Shown here piece by piece: positions 26,611-49,443 of a DNA stretch of 64,000 bases. The position numbers were made by a program, and so were the translations under genes. Source of the DNA: Perkinsus chesapeaki ATCC PRA-425 (Eukaryota > Protista > Perkinsozoa); the NCBI GenBank assembly GCA_013115145.1, contig JAAPAO010000128.1, forward strand, positions 1 to 64,000. The letters run 5' to 3'. The stretch's first letter is position 1, and every line of letters begins with the position of its first letter. The notes under the pieces were generated by a model, which saw only the letters and a list, made by a program, of their open reading frames with translations, did no database searches and had not been told where the DNA came from.

Positions 26611-27181
26611 CATTTCAAGAATCCTTTGAGCATGAAATAAAACAGCAAATATTCCCCAGAATATCAGTATTTCTTCGAGCAGTACCGAAGCAGGAGCCTC
26701 ATACTGCCATCCTACAAGAGCCCAGTGAACTCCTCAGTAAGAGAGAGTATTTCATCAAGCGATGTGGCTTGCACTATTTGCAAGCAATAAAGAGAAAAAT
26801 AGTATCAATGATACTGTATCATCTTACTGGAGTCAGAAATAAGACAAACCTCATACGGCGTGAGTGACCGTGATAATACATCACAGTCACGTTATGTAGC
26901 TTTTGCGGGGTATGAGAAATCCGCGATTAGATCTTAGTAGGGCAACTATCTGCCTCGCTCGCCTAGGGAGAAACATAGGCGGTTCGATTCTCAGAGTTAA
27001 CGAGGCTTGTTAAAAAGCTATCCACAAGAGTGTGTAGAGGTCGCTACTAACCTCTACGAAGACCCCTGCGCGGCATGGCCAGTTTAGCACCCCCTTCATT
27101 CGAGCCTTGTTCTTTTTCCAAGCGCAGCTCATAACACTAGTGAACATTCTGTTCAAGCGAGGTTCTCATCAATATCAAAGA

Positions 27182-27734
27182 ATGAAATGTATCCACAAAG
27201 AGCTTCGCCAAGCCTTTGCCGGTCTTGTCAGTTGCCATTGGGGCGCCGACCAAGGAGGTAGTGATTATGCCATCCACTATTCCAAGAATAAGCTACTCAA
27301 GGTGGCCGCCTCCAGCCACTGCAGTGCAGTGTGTTACCGTGACTTTGTCGTAGGTCACCGCAGTCGATTTGTAGCATTTCCGAAGTATAACTTGCACGCC
27401 AGGAGAGACCATGGCTACCGAAGTGGGCACCGCGAGCCCTGCGAACATCCTCGTCCAGTTACGTGCCGCGAACATCGATCTCATTCGGGTGGGAGGCATC
27501 CCGAAACAGATGCTATTACAGTCGGTTGAGGCCCTCAATTTCTGGTTCGACCAATCCTTCCCCCACTCTTTATGGGAGCCTGGGAGCCTCTGGGCCGGTA
27601 AGTCCTTGCACTACTTTGATTTTCGCGGCGAAGAGAGCACGGAAATCCCTCGTTTTCGAGGGAAATTAGGACAAAAAGCGTCAATCCGACAAGTGATCCA
27701 CCAGAACTGTACCACGAACGCTCGTACGCTATGA
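27182..27734 (+). CDS. Hypothetical spliced protein
   Basis: Candidate exons MKCIHKELRQ..., NKLLKVAASSHCSAVCYRDFV, ETMATEVG...LWEPGSLWA with GT-AG sites; no family recognised. Confidence 0.3.
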
Positions 27735-27872
27735 AACCAGCGCCTTTTTGGACACCTCGCGCCCTGCGCACAGGTGAAAGGTGTCATACGGAAGGGGAGA
27801 AGATCTCCTATAGGACTCCTTCTCCGTAAACTAATCCTAGAATATCAGTATTCGTCTCTGGCCTCGAAGTAT

Positions 27873-30330
27873 TCAGGACCCCTGAATCAGGGGCAGATTG
27901 GCCGAGGGAACAACAAATCCGTGCACCAACAAACAACCGGAGCAGAGCGAAATTCGTTTCCGATTCCTGAGTTTCGGAGACTTACCGAGCCTTGTGGGGG
28001 AGGAGGTGGAATCTCAGAGGGGTCTCCCGAGAGGATATCCGGTGGCTCTGGTACTTGCGGAAGAGATGATGACAACTCTGGATGGGCTGGGGACGGCTTG
28101 TCCCAGTCCTTTAAAGATGACGATAAAAATAATGATGAATCTGAAATACAGTAATTAGCAATCGCCACTTGGCTGTCGAACCTACTATGTGACACGCAAA
28201 TTTGTTATGCAAATACATATACACTCCAATTTTGACATCCGCAGCCGCACTGCGGCGAGAGAACACTGAAATTTCGTAATTTGCACAGCAAATTTGCACG
28301 TAAAGTATTTTAGATTTTTGATACCCTGTTTCTATGCCCGCTATCCTTGTTTGAGGGAACCCTGGAAACCTTCGTATCAAAGACTTCAAGAGCTGATTCC
28401 CAAATATGAAATTTACGTACTTTCGAAATGTCATTTTCTCACCGACAGATGTCACATCTGAGATGTGGCGACCAGTCACCACGACTCGTGGTCGTCATCT
28501 GTCACATCTTTGCAAAATATTTCAGTTGCCTAATGCATAATGGACTTCATTATAGAGTGTCCATTGAATGAATACGACAGCAGGAAAGCTTTCTAAATCG
28601 AATTATCAGATTCGGAGGGAACCCACAAGGCAGCTCCCGACGCCATGCCAAACTATATGTCGCTTCGTACTTTGAGTCGCGGATCCGGTAGCTTGTATCC
28701 GGCTGAGCACTTCTTCCAGCTTGTCCGAGAGCGCAATGAGATTGCTAAGTTGATCCGAATCCTCCTGGCCGTTCTCAAACGCCTGCTCAATGGTGGCTCG
28801 AAGCCGTGATTTGCCTGCGGATGCCTAAGCGAATCTTTCGCACTACATATATTTTCAGGAAGCTACCTCCGCATAATCGGCTTCGAAAGTTTTTCTTGGT
28901 AAATTTGGACTGGAGAACAACTCATCAACTGCCCGCCGGAGTGCTTCAATCTGCGAGGGAAATGAAGCGCGCTGTGATTTCCTCGGGGCTAACCTCCGCT
29001 GGCGACAAAACCATCGCCTTAGTTTCCGCAGTAGTGTGTTTAGTAGTAGCCAAACTAGGATTGAGCGCAGGCGACTCCTCTGCACCTAAGAGAAAAAGGC
29101 TGAGGGATGCTGCAGACCCAGTGCGCGTTCGGGTACCAATCAGAGTGAGTCCGAATGGCTTTAGATCAGAGGGTCGGAACTACCAGTTGCGAGCGTATCA
29201 CCAGCGGTAGGCCGTTCGGCACTATTGTGAACTTTCATGCGTAAACATGCCACAAGGGTGACATTGAGAAAATAGACAGCAACAGCCAGCAAGCCCCGCG
29301 TACCTTTAATCTGAAATCTAACAGTTTCGTCTCGTGGCGGAAAGGGTTCTGAACGTACCAATACACCAACGTCGTGCTCGCAGCTCACCCTTTCTCCGCC
29401 GAAGTTCTCTATATGCTTTGAAAACACTCTCCATTTGCCCCTCCTTGAGAATGAAGGCATCGCACCATTCCTGTATCAACGACAGGACCTTCGCTCTGAA
29501 AAGTGCAGGAGAGATGTTAACATGAGGCAATGGGAAATTCATGCTAAATCCCCTCACTGGAGCAGGAAAGTACTGAATCATTCATCCTTGAAGTTCCAGG
29601 GCTCCTTAGTGAACCCATATTCTCATATAGTCTATATAGCGTGTCGTGTGAGGCCTTTATGATAAACCTGTATCATATCTATATGATAGATACAGTACAG
29701 GACACTGGAGGCGCTCAAACTCCCCACATATACCGGAAATATGCCAACAGCGCCGAATACGCCAAGACCACGCGGAGACATGTATAGGCAGGTGGGACTC
29801 GAGGAAAAAGCTACACTCGTCCTCTACTTGATAAGTTTCCGTTCAGTTCCACTAGGTATCCGTACTTTAAGTTGAGGTTGGTACCACCACGGAACCGACG
29901 CTAGTCGATACATATCCTTCATGAAGCCCTAAAAGAGCAACGCTGAGACTCCGATGCTAAGGCCACTGACGTACGTCGCTCATATAGGTACACACTACAT
30001 ACCCACAATTCTTTACTAGCATCTCCAGAAGGGTTAAACAAAGTTGAATCTATCACGGAAAATACGGTATGAAAAGTAGAACGCATATTCACAGTGGCAG
30101 AGTCCCCCATCTCAAAACCATTGCGGATCTCCAGAAGGACCTCTGGTATTAGGGACGGACAGGACTGAGAAACGAGCTACTCCCGCGATGCAGGGGCTGC
30201 CTTACCGACAACATGTCGCAGATTGCCACGTTGGCTTCCCAGTTGATAGAATCGCCTCCTGAAGAACACCGCAGTACCGAGGCAGGAAGAACGTTACTAA
30301 GTACGCCAGAGGATCACCCAAGAAACTATT
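27873..30330 (-). CDS. VHS + GAT domain protein (TOM1/TOL-like endosomal sorting adaptor)
   Basis: VHS: DSINWEANVAICDML, EVLLEIRNGF, AKVLSLIQEWCDAF...FKAYRELR; GAT-like: RLRATIEQAFENG...LSNLIALSDKLEEVLSR; Pro-rich tail. Ends approximate. Confidence 0.8.
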
Positions 30331-30884
30331 TCGTGGGTTTGCTTCGGGTGTTCGGACTATAATTCTACTGGATCTCAAAACGATTCCGCCCGGCAAAAAA
30401 TACACCAATCTCAGGTCTTGTGATGAAGAATTTCGTAGCAACTGTCACCCAGCATGGAGCCGCTCGCACATGACGTATGCGTATCACCACCATGGTGATT
30501 CATAGTATGATATTCGGTGATCAGCGAAGGATAGAGGAGCCCTGGATATTCCCAGACGGAATCCATTCGAGGCTAATTTCGGCTTTGCCAACAGAATTTG
30601 CATCTCTGCGTAGGGAGCATTTTTTGACCCCCGGAATGCGGTAAGAACAGATTTCCGTAAGGCGAGATGGATCGCTTTAAGTGACTTACCGAGCGCGGCT
30701 GTTAATAGGGTGTCGAGTCGACTTGTATGATACATGAGAAATAACAAACGATTGTAGCAACAACACTTATGCTGGAGAATCAACTACACCACTTCGACCG
30801 CCGCCCAGACTGTTGACAGACTTTATAAAGCAAACCGAACAAGTCAGAAAAATGTTGGTAGCTGCGGTAAATGTACAGAGAGCC

Positions 30885-33800
30885 TCAGTCAACTACATTG
30901 TAGACGAACCCGGCCAAGCCGTAGCGAATGTAGAAGGCGCACAAACTCCACATGCACTGGATCTGAAAAAGTGTGGAAATAGCCGTGAAACGATTACAAG
31001 AATTTCCATGCGGACTAGCTCTACTAAGTGTTAGAGATGTCTTGCCCACTAGTAGCGCTCAAGTCCATTAAGATGTCATGGGATGCAGAGAACTCCCAAG
31101 AAGTGTCGACGATACTATTTGCGCGAGAATCTTACAGTTAGAGCTATATAGTTGTTCCTCGAAATGTCGCTTACCAGTAATAGTATTTTATTTAGGGTAT
31201 CCTCATGAGTGTCTCCTTTAAGCCACAACACCAGATTTATCAAAGTAAGATTCTGTACACGAACCTCATTGTTATCGCTGTTGGTCTCGACCTTGGCCAA
31301 GTGGAGCCATTGAATGACCGACAAGCAAAGGCGACCTGCCAGAGCTATAAGCGGGAAAACTTGCATAACACAGAGAATGCCAGTTAACGCGCAAGATAGA
31401 GCCGATCTATTGGAGAAACCCCGCTTCCTGCCAAATTTCGGAAAACGTTTCGCTACCTCGAGAGGATATCTAATTCCTAGATGGAGCGGTATTTATATAT
31501 TAAAATTATTATTATTGGTAAACCCCAGTGGGAGGGAGCTGCTAGATATGCCAACAATATTGGTATGTCTGAAAGCATTAGAGATCGACTTACCCAGGAA
31601 GTTTAAATCCTTGCTGGGATTGAACCATGGTGTATAGCTGACACTAAGCAAGTCTGTCTTGGGGGTGTAATGGGGTAGCCTATGCCTCGGACACGGTATG
31701 AGCTTGAAAAGCTGCGGGACAGAGTACCTAGCAAGCTCATCACTGCGAAGCCCACCAAGCCTCCTTACAGGAAATTAAATATTTGCGGCCCGAAAAACAG
31801 TAGGGTCTAAAAAAAAGAGAAATTTTCCGGAAAATTTCGGAATATTTTACTCACCGTTTTGGAACACTGTCCCAGAATACCGCTAGCTGCCAACGTCATG
31901 CCGGCCAAGTAACAGTACGTGTCCCCAACAAACGCTGTGGCCGGATACATATTGGCGACCATCAGAGGCAATGATGCTGAGGGGAGAAACAAAACTTCCT
32001 AGAAGTAAACCGAATAGTAGTCGGGCAACTCCTAGCGCTCTCTTCAGCCGGGTGATATATCTTTCTCACTCATTGAAGACACCCTATGTTACACAGGAGG
32101 TTTCAGATTTAGCAACAATTTCGGTAAGATTTCCAAGTTCCAAGCAGATGTATATATTTTAAAACCAGAAAGACTTACCACCAACGAATGGCAATAGCAA
32201 GTAAAGGCTCATCAAATGGCTTTCATAAGGAGGCCATGTAGATGCCTAAGGAGGGATCTAGAAAATAAAAAGTGTAATGAAATGTTACTTGGTCGGCATG
32301 TCTGTAGAGCTGGAGGAGATCGTTTAGTATCAGGGAGATGGCAAGGATCATCGATTGGCCTATTTCCAACCCATTAATACCTGACATAATTCCGGCGAGA
32401 TGACAATAGAGGTTTATTCGATGGAATGTTCCATTGGGATCACTCCATTACTCCAGGTAGTGACATCGTAGGAAATACTCCCCCCTTACAGCTCGACTTC
32501 TCCTACCATGTGACTGATAGGCTGCACGAAAGACTTTGCCGAACTGTCGCGCATTTCGCAACTTTAACTTGTCCGCATGTGAATTATTATTATGAAATTA
32601 ATAATAAATTAAATTATGAAATGCTAAAGTAAATATATTTCAGCCATGCTCCTTAAGAGAATCTATCCCGACCTTACCTGCCAATATGTTGATAGCATTC
32701 GTGCAGAAAACCGATAAAAGAGATAAAAATATATAATATAGCACCCCAATGTCAATTGCTCCATGGCCTCCACTGAGGGAAAGAGGAATCGATAAGGCGG
32801 AAGAGGAAGAGTTATTACGGAATATATGGACGAATAATATCAGGCAGCAACACCCAGGTATTGCCAATGGATGAGTAATATACCAGGAGAAGCGGAAGGG
32901 TTGCAACTGAGCTATAGAGTATCAAGCAAGCATGAACCTAAGATCCCTACCTGTTGGTATTATAAGTTTAATCCTCCAAGGCAGGTCCAAGACATTATCA
33001 GCAAATCCCAGGAAACACATAGCGTTAATCGACAGCAGCGATCCCATAAAGAGACCTGACAAAGGCTCTACTATATTTTTCAGAGAAACATTTAGCGAAT
33101 AAGGACGTCACATGCGGGATAGGGCCTTCACTGAGGGCCCCTTAGTTGGGCGATGACGGCAGTACAGAACTTGTAGGCGTACTAATCCATATGTACAAAG
33201 TCTCTTCACCAGGTCTTCGCACTCCCCGCGGTATTACTAGCTTTCCTTTGGCTCATCAGCTCCGCTTCATCCACTGGAACCCCCTGTGGTGAGCACATCA
33301 TATGGAAGGGCAAGAACAAGCTCAATGCCAAGCAGTAGACAGCGCCGACACAAACGCCGGCGGCCTCTGGTATCTAATAGTAAGGATCCCTCCTAAGTAA
33401 AGAATACGTCCGCCAGACATGTCCGTATGAATATATTCAGCACGGAGAGCTCATAATTAACCCATGATAGTTCTTAATGCATTATTTAACTTGATATTAC
33501 CGAAGATCAAATCTCCCATTTCATCGACGATCCAATAATCAGAATATTCAAATTTTTCGCTCTCTCCGCCTGCTTCACAGGGGGTCAGTTACGCAGCGTA
33601 ACTTACGCTTTCCTCCTACACAGTACCGCAAAATTGGATATAGAAGGTGAACAGGAAGCCGGCACCCACTGAGGTTTCTCGCGAATTGCCCAATCGGTAG
33701 GATGCGTCTTATATGGCAACTTCCCACTTTCTGTACCTCGGGCTTCCCTTTTTTGTTCAGGTCTTTCCCGCAAATGCCCGCTCTCCGTAATGAAGCCAGC

Positions 33801-34200
33801 GCGCGTGGAAGAATCTTATTGGTTACTATACCTACCTCAGAAAGATCATGCGTGCTTGGAGAAAAGATACGGTACATGCTAACGCAGAGATTGCAATCGA
33901 TGCCATCATCTCTGCTCCACATATTATCCCTGATTTAGGCACCGCTGCGCACAGAACCTAACAACACTGATAAAGTCTGACAATGCTATAGAGTTGTCCA
34001 GTAAATGTTAGCCTTTTATTCACTACCCATCTAAGACCGGCTATCCTGACCGTCCCTCCAGTGAGCGTCATTTTAGGGTTGAAATTTCAGCCTCATAGTT
34101 ACAATATCCACTCTAACCCTAAAACCCTTCCCTCTACTACCCCTGCAATCGCCAATATAAGTATCTCTGTCGACTTGCGGAGAGGTGGAACTGATGACAT
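30885..34200 (-). CDS. DPAGT1: UDP-GlcNAc:dolichyl-phosphate GlcNAc-1-phosphotransferase (GPT/ALG7)
   Basis: [103 protein letters not shown]. Confidence 0.95.
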
Positions 34201-34229
34201 CTCAGAGAATAAAGGCAAACAGCGGCCCA

Positions 34230-35650
34230 AACTGAAATGACCCGCAGACACTCGTCGGGGTTCTTCAGATCCTCTACCTCGATACGATAGCGAATGTTAT
34301 CGTTCGTCCCGAGTTTTGCAAAAACTTCCCATCGTTCTGCCAACGCTTGCCGGCGAGAACCCCTCTTCTATTATAACTTATAAAATATAGTATATATTAA
34401 TATATTGATTCTCTGTATATATCACATAATTATTATTTGATTACACTTTTTCTGATACTTGTAGATTTGTATTCATATCTATATCATCATTATAATATAC
34501 CTATTCAGGTCCCATTAGTCCAAAAAAGGCTGCTCTTTCCCAGCAGGACTGACCCGTTACGTTCACTCAATGAGTATCGCAGGCACCGGATGGACGCGGC
34601 TCGTGTTGAAAGAAGTGTGGTAGGAAATTAAACCATCAAAATTATACTTAACCCAAGGCCCTTTAATAACAGCTAACATCCCATAACAGCTCACAACATG
34701 TATATCACTTTCTCACCAGCTTCGATGTCTTCCGCTTTAATATATCCTTCACCTTATCTTCCATCCATGTCCTAGCTCCCCTATGGAACTTTAGTATCCA
34801 TTCACTACTACCTTTATAATCCTCATAAAGGGCAGGAGGGTCGTTTAGAATAGCATCGACGACATACAAGCATCCTTCTAAATCCATCTTAGTTAGGCCT
34901 CTAGAGTACGTTTGCAGAACCTCTTTCGTTCCCTGTGAAATGTGGGACAACGGCAAAAGCCCGTCTTCGTTCATCTCATCGTAATCGTGGTTGTTGGTGG
35001 TTTCGCATATTAGGTCTTCAGAATCTGGTCGTGAACGGATATGGGCATGAAACTCGGGTCTATGAGGCGTGGTCCAACTGAAGTAAGTTCCATCGGCAGC
35101 AAGGTAACACAGGGAATCTTACAATTCATAAATCCCTTTGTGGTCAGTGTCGTACAACCTGGTATGATAAACTCGGCCAGCCTTAGTGAAGCGGACGAAA
35201 AAAGACATAGCTTCCAAGGGCTTGTCTTGTGCTATCTCGCATCCTCCTTGTTGAGCTTTGATTGTTATCTATAACCAACAAACCACTCGACGGAATTAAG
35301 CACATGAGAACTGATAATGCGGCGTTATATTGATTTGATGGATCATGTTATCTACCTCGAAAGATATTCTATAGGTCAGATGCCATAAAAGCCACCTATA
35401 CATTATGTAGTGGATACGACAAGAAAATGCACAATAATCCCGAAACACACACTGGAAACTTTTTAGATAATTTTATTTGGTCTTATACTGTTTCATAGCT
35501 TTACCATTAACATATTGAAAAGCTATAAGTACTAGGCTTCCTTACCCCTTTCGAACGAAGGCGCTCCTCGATTTCGCCCGATTTCGAGGCTTCAGCTAGA
35601 ATCAGTGAAATAATGGTGATTAGGATGGTCGGAAGGCCAATGAGGGTCAT
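34230..35650 (-). CDS. Hypothetical secreted protein
   Basis: Signal-like MTLIGLPTILITIISLILAEA; exons ...FFVRFTKAGRVYHTRLYD, DGTYFSW...KRKTSKL and probably RYRIEVEDLKNPDEC; 3' end uncertain. Confidence 0.45.
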
Positions 35651-35979
35651 TACGAAAGTACAACGACTATGCAAAGCATTCCATATAGAATTCAGCTGGG
35701 CATCGAATCTCCTCCTTGCTGTTGGTAAGGGAAATGTATAAAATGCATGAGAGAAGCACCACACGAAATTGCTCGGGAGAGACGTGAAGTCTGTTAGGGC
35801 ATCAAGCGGTTGTTTGAGGGTTAGGTAGCACTAGTATGCAGTCTCGCTGGGCCTGTGGAGAGACAAGTCTCTATCTATTTAATTCTACATTAGTACACAC
35901 AAAAAAAGATCAAAAAAATTCCGCCCGAAAATTTATTTCCCCTCTTGAGGATTGTCAACCCGAGCTCTGCACGGTACAA

Positions 35980-36118
35980 CCTTAGATTTAGCCGAAGTCT
36001 CCTTAGAACGCGCAACCTTAGATTATATCGTGCAAACCTTAGATTGTGCAAGATCGCCTTAGGGAAAAAACTGGGGCGCAAGCGAAACGCACCTTAGAAA
36101 ACTTACATTCCCCTTAGA
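35980..36118. promoter_or_regulatory. Cluster of seven CCTTAG motifs in the divergent intergenic region upstream of the NRPS-like gene
   Basis: CCTTAG at 35980, 36001, 36016, 36037, 36057, 36092 and 36112, three as AACCTTAGATT, all on one strand. Regulatory role is inference. Confidence 0.4.
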
Positions 36119-36271
36119 ACAAATGATTTCCACCGGATTGTCCGTTGAGAAGTGTCCTAAGAAATGACCGCGCGCCACGTTATTCACTATCACTTGTGAG
36201 GAGTAACGAAATGGTTATTATTATAGATTGTACACATTATCCCTATCAGGCCCCTTTAGGATATTTATCGC

Positions 36272-45160
<8,889 letters not shown>

Positions 45161-45252
45161 AGACATCTTTTCATATTTCACTTTCCGAGCGTGTTTCACT
45201 CATCGCTGTGTTGTGCTGTCAGAAGGGTCCTCGCACCTGGCGTAGTTGTGTG

Positions 45253-47653
45253 ATGCAGAACGGCGGCCGTGGCTCGTCGTCGTCGGTGGCGGACCTGCTC
45301 GGGTTCATCGTCGAAGAGTATTGGCGTTATCGGGCGGGTGAGATGGGCAACAAGAACAAGGCGTATCGAGGGCTCCAGAGGGTCTATCGCCTTCTACAGA
45401 AGAGCTCTGACTTTGGCACGGTCTACTGGACTCAACGGGAGGCCGAGTGGCTGGCTGTGCTCCACTGGTGGGGATGCTCGGCACACTGCTGCGATGCTGC
45501 TGCGGAGAGCTCGGCCACGCTGAACACTGATGGTTCGGTAAAGGAGAATGATATTGACTGGATTGATAGGTCAAGTCGAATACAATCGGAGGCTTTGCGG
45601 TGGGGAAACTGCGATGCCATTGAAGGCAAAGGGAAGTTGATTTCAGGTGCTACGCGGCTTTGATGCGACATGCAGACCCGACCAGCGTGACAACAGCGTG
45701 GCTGAAGGACACTCTCGAGTGCCCTGGCCTGCTGACAATGTGTAGGTGCAATGCTGGAATGCTACGGATCATAGTGCGCATCTCGAGCTCACCTGTCGAC
45801 GGAATTTCCTTATCGAATCGCTATAGAAAGAAGTTGATGTTGTAAGGTTCGTGAAACCGAAAGATATTTTGTGAAATTGCTGCGAAAATTTCTCTTCTCT
45901 TCAATACAGGCAGACGAGGGCCGCCCTCGGAGGGCGTGTTAATGGTTGGCAGCAGCATTGTGATTTTAGTGTGAGCTGCAGGCACGAGTGGTAGAACGGC
46001 ATATGTCCGTAGAGCCGCACTACCTGCGGCGGCGGCCACGCTGAGGCGAGGGCTGGAAGGGACAGTGGGGAAAAGGAGACATGTGACACAAGAAGGATAC
46101 AGGAAGGAGGTGTTCAAACTTATGTGTGCAGCGAGAAGGTGAATGAGAACTATTTGGAATGCTTTGTTGTTGATTTGCTGTATGCTCTGCGAAAATTTTC
46201 AAGCCGAAACGCCAAGTATCTGCGCGGGAACGGCGGTTTTAGTGACTTGGGTAGCAATTTGGGACACCCTGTGTTCTTATCTTATTTCACCAATAATAAA
46301 TACTCGTACCACATTAATGTTATGGTTGAGCTACTGAGCGTCTCTCCGTGCCTTGTCATCTATCCTTCACTCGGCACATGACCGAAAGCCTCTCCGTATC
46401 AGGTTGCTCCGGAGCAAGGATGCTTTGGATCGACGAACTGCTATATCTGGCGCGGCAGAAGTTGCCAGCCTGCTCTCTATGGTCATTCAATCCGAGAAGG
46501 TCGGTTTCCTCTACCACTTGTCTTTATTACAGGTCTTTGTCTTCAGAAGCCTCCCGAAGCTGACGTAGCACTCGAGGCTCGAGGGTTCGCCAGGGAGCTG
46601 CTGCAAAGCGACCTCAAATCGATAGAGTGTCGGCAAGCTGCCGCCAGGGCCAGCGCCGCGCTAGCTCTCTGCGTCGGCTCTGACGGCACCTACTCGGGTA
46701 GTGACGTGTTTCGGGAAGTTATCGAGAGAACACCTGTCCCGGAGGACGAGTCCGTGGGACTGGTGGATGCAGCACAAGCATGCCTCTTGCTCGGGGACAG
46801 CTCGGATGGCCTGGCCGCTCGGTATCTCAGGGACTCTCTCGGTAGCGCCGATAAGGCCGTACGGACGCGCGCGCTGCAAGCGGCGGCTCGGATAGACCGA
46901 CGAGTGCCGTGCCTTGTAGATGCCTTGGTCGAGTACGCCGCACTGGGCGAGTCGCCAGTTCTACTGGTGTTCCAAACAACAGCGCGCCATTTGACCGGTG
47001 ACAGTCTAAAAGGCATAGACAAGCTGCTTGTGGCCCAAACTGAGCGTGCTGCTAACCTTTATCGAGCAACAGCAGCTGAGATCTGCGCCCAGCGGGGGGC
47101 GGTTGTCCCTGTATGCGTGAGAGTGATTGAGATCAGCGAGGCTCCTGAACCGCTTATGAGGCTCGCGGCTCGGTTGCTGGCGGCATGTCTCCGAGAAGAG
47201 CGTTTCCAGCCAGTGCGGTTGAGTGCTCTGGATGAGCTGGCAAAGTGTCAAGTTGTTCCCGAGGCAGTACTGGACTGCGCTCTACGTCCATGTGAGAGCA
47301 TGGCCAATCCTAAAGATAAGGCGCTGAGCAAAGCCGCAGTGGTGGCGGGTGTGGCCCTGAGGAACGAGAAGCTCGCGAGCGGTATGAGGGAGAGGTGCCT
47401 TCGCTTCTTGCTGAGGATCCTTGAGAGGACCTGGGAAGTATCCGGCTACGTTACTACTGTGGCCATCGGGCAGATCAGAGAGGCTCCAAGGGAAGGGACA
47501 GACTGGAGCCGAGTGCGTAGAGTGGCCGAGAGTGCGTTGGCGTTGGCAGTCCCTGGAGTTGGAGATGATGCTGCGAGGACGAAGAAGGAAGGGGCTTTGC
47601 AAGAGTTGATAATGATGACAGTTTCTTATGAATTACAACCTCATCATGCTTGA
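45253..47653 (+). CDS. HEAT/ARM-like alpha-solenoid hypothetical protein (spliced)
   Basis: Exons from ORFs 45208-45663, 45660-45845, 46124-46381, 46348-46563 and the 315-aa terminal ORF 46706-47653 with repeated amphipathic helices (VRTRALQAAARI, VRLSALDELAK). Confidence 0.6.
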
Positions 47654-48198
47654 AGATAACCTATTGAGTTTGACATTCGTATATTAAAGCCAATTACAGC
47701 TGATTACAAATCTCTTATATTTGTAATCAGCTTGGAACAAATGAAATAAAGCTAGTGGATACAGAGTATTCCCTGGTACACCCGAGGGTATCACTCATCA
47801 GCATCATCACAACGTATGCGGTTGGTAGGCGTAGGCGTACTGGCACAGTAATAATACATAATCTATCATTATAAATTAGATATATATGATCAGCTTTGAA
47901 TATATTTATACACTATTCTATATTCATTGATAGTATTATATAAGCTAAAGATATAGTAATAACACTAATATTATTATATCACAAGGTGATATTATAGATA
48001 TAAGCTATAGAAACCTCTAATATAATATTAATTCAAGGTAATATAGTTATCCATATACAGTGTAATATATAGGGTATTATATAAATATAATACAGCTGGT
48101 TATAGATCAGTGCCATATTACATATTAATTACCCGCATCATCACGTAGGCGTACGCGCATCAAAACGTTCACTCTCACTGTCTCGCTTGTACTCAGCT

Positions 48199-48290
48199 TC
48201 GTCGTCTAACGTACGAAATCTACCGATCGGTAGATTTCGTACGGTAGACGACGATTCGGCCGAATCGGCAGAATCTGATTCGGCCGAATC
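48199..48290. repeat. Palindrome cluster
   Basis: Perfect 34-bp palindrome 48210-48243, extending to 48199-48254 with one mismatch, then two copies of palindromic GATTCGGCCGAATC (48253, 48277). Confidence 0.95.
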
Positions 48291-48452
48291 TGGGAATGAA
48301 TACGACGGTCCTTCCCGGACTAGTAACAGCCTTCCGAAATTTGCCTGGCGGCCCCATTGAATTCCTGACAGGCGTTGCCTTCCTTCTGGTAACCGAGTTC
48401 ATCTGTTATCTGCTGATACGAGACTGGTATTAGCTTTAGTTAGTTGTCCATC

Positions 48453-49280
48453 ATGGCCCCGTTATCTCGGGAAGCGACGTATTCTGGGATAACGCGTTGG
48501 TATTCGGCAGACGTGCCATGCCGTGGTAACAATCAAGGCGAGTGGCTGCCCAAACCGCCTAGAGGACTTCTGCACTGCTCAGCCTCGGGGTAAGCCAACA
48601 ACTCGATCGTTCTCATTGATGCAGGCCCGTTTAGCTTGTTCAATGGCGTAAAGGAAACGATAAATCCTATTGGAGTCTCCAAAGGTGAGCCTACCCGCCA
48701 GCAGCACTGTCTGTTGCACAATGTATTTTCACCAGTTCAGTTCTGAGCTTGCAAGTATCTGACTTCGCCGTTAGTTTGCGTCGAAGAGGACACCTTCCAC
48801 AGGTCACTGGTTCCTGCTGCCGCCTGCAAAAGCACCGTCACCCGGTCCGGTTTTCGGCCCAGTCCCGCCAAGACCTCAGCCACACAGAAGCCTTTGGAGG
48901 AACTCACTGCAGCCTCTAGAGCCTTTTAAAACAGTGGGAGCATTTGCTTTTGGATATAAGGACCAGATGCTCTTTCAGCCCCGGAGTCTGGCGCGCTCTG
49001 GCTCTTGCCTTTCCTATTTCGGTCGGCGCACCGAGGGCCATTTGAACCCAGAAACGATGGCACGGTCAACGCAGAGACCGGGCGGACTGAGCACGTGGAA
49101 GTCCAGGTAGCCTCGCTCGCTGTTTTGATTTGTATGTCTCTGTCAGACGGTGGCATGCCACGTCCACGTCTTTACCAATATGCCTTGTCTGACTTGCTGT
49201 TACCAATGGTCGTCTTGTGTTCAGAATTAGCCGGCGTAAGGCCTCTCCAGCAACACAGCATGCGTTGGTGTGGCTGAGAT
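48453..49280 (+). CDS. Possible hypothetical spliced gene
   Basis: Series of short exons with gtaagc/gtgagc/gtagcc donors; Pro-rich stretch; no motif. Confidence 0.25.
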
Positions 49281-49443
49281 GAGAACAATGATTTTTCAAA
49301 AATCCTTAGAAAAACTAATTACCCAATCCGATAGGGAAAATTAGGGCCATGCTAGCGGGCATCTTGCACGGGGATGTTGCAAGCTGTTTTTGACTCATTC
49401 GCCAATGCTTTTGCATATCAGCCGCAGCACCCCCTTGAGGGCC

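Noticed and set aside
35890-36081. Arg/Leu-rich ORF NLRFARYNLRLRVLRRLRLNLRL
   Set aside because: Translation by-product of the CCTTAG motif cluster.
47698-47732. 14-bp stem-loop after the HEAT-like gene stop as a rho-independent terminator
   Set aside because: Eukaryotic locus, AT-rich stem and no U-tract; at most a 3' UTR hairpin.
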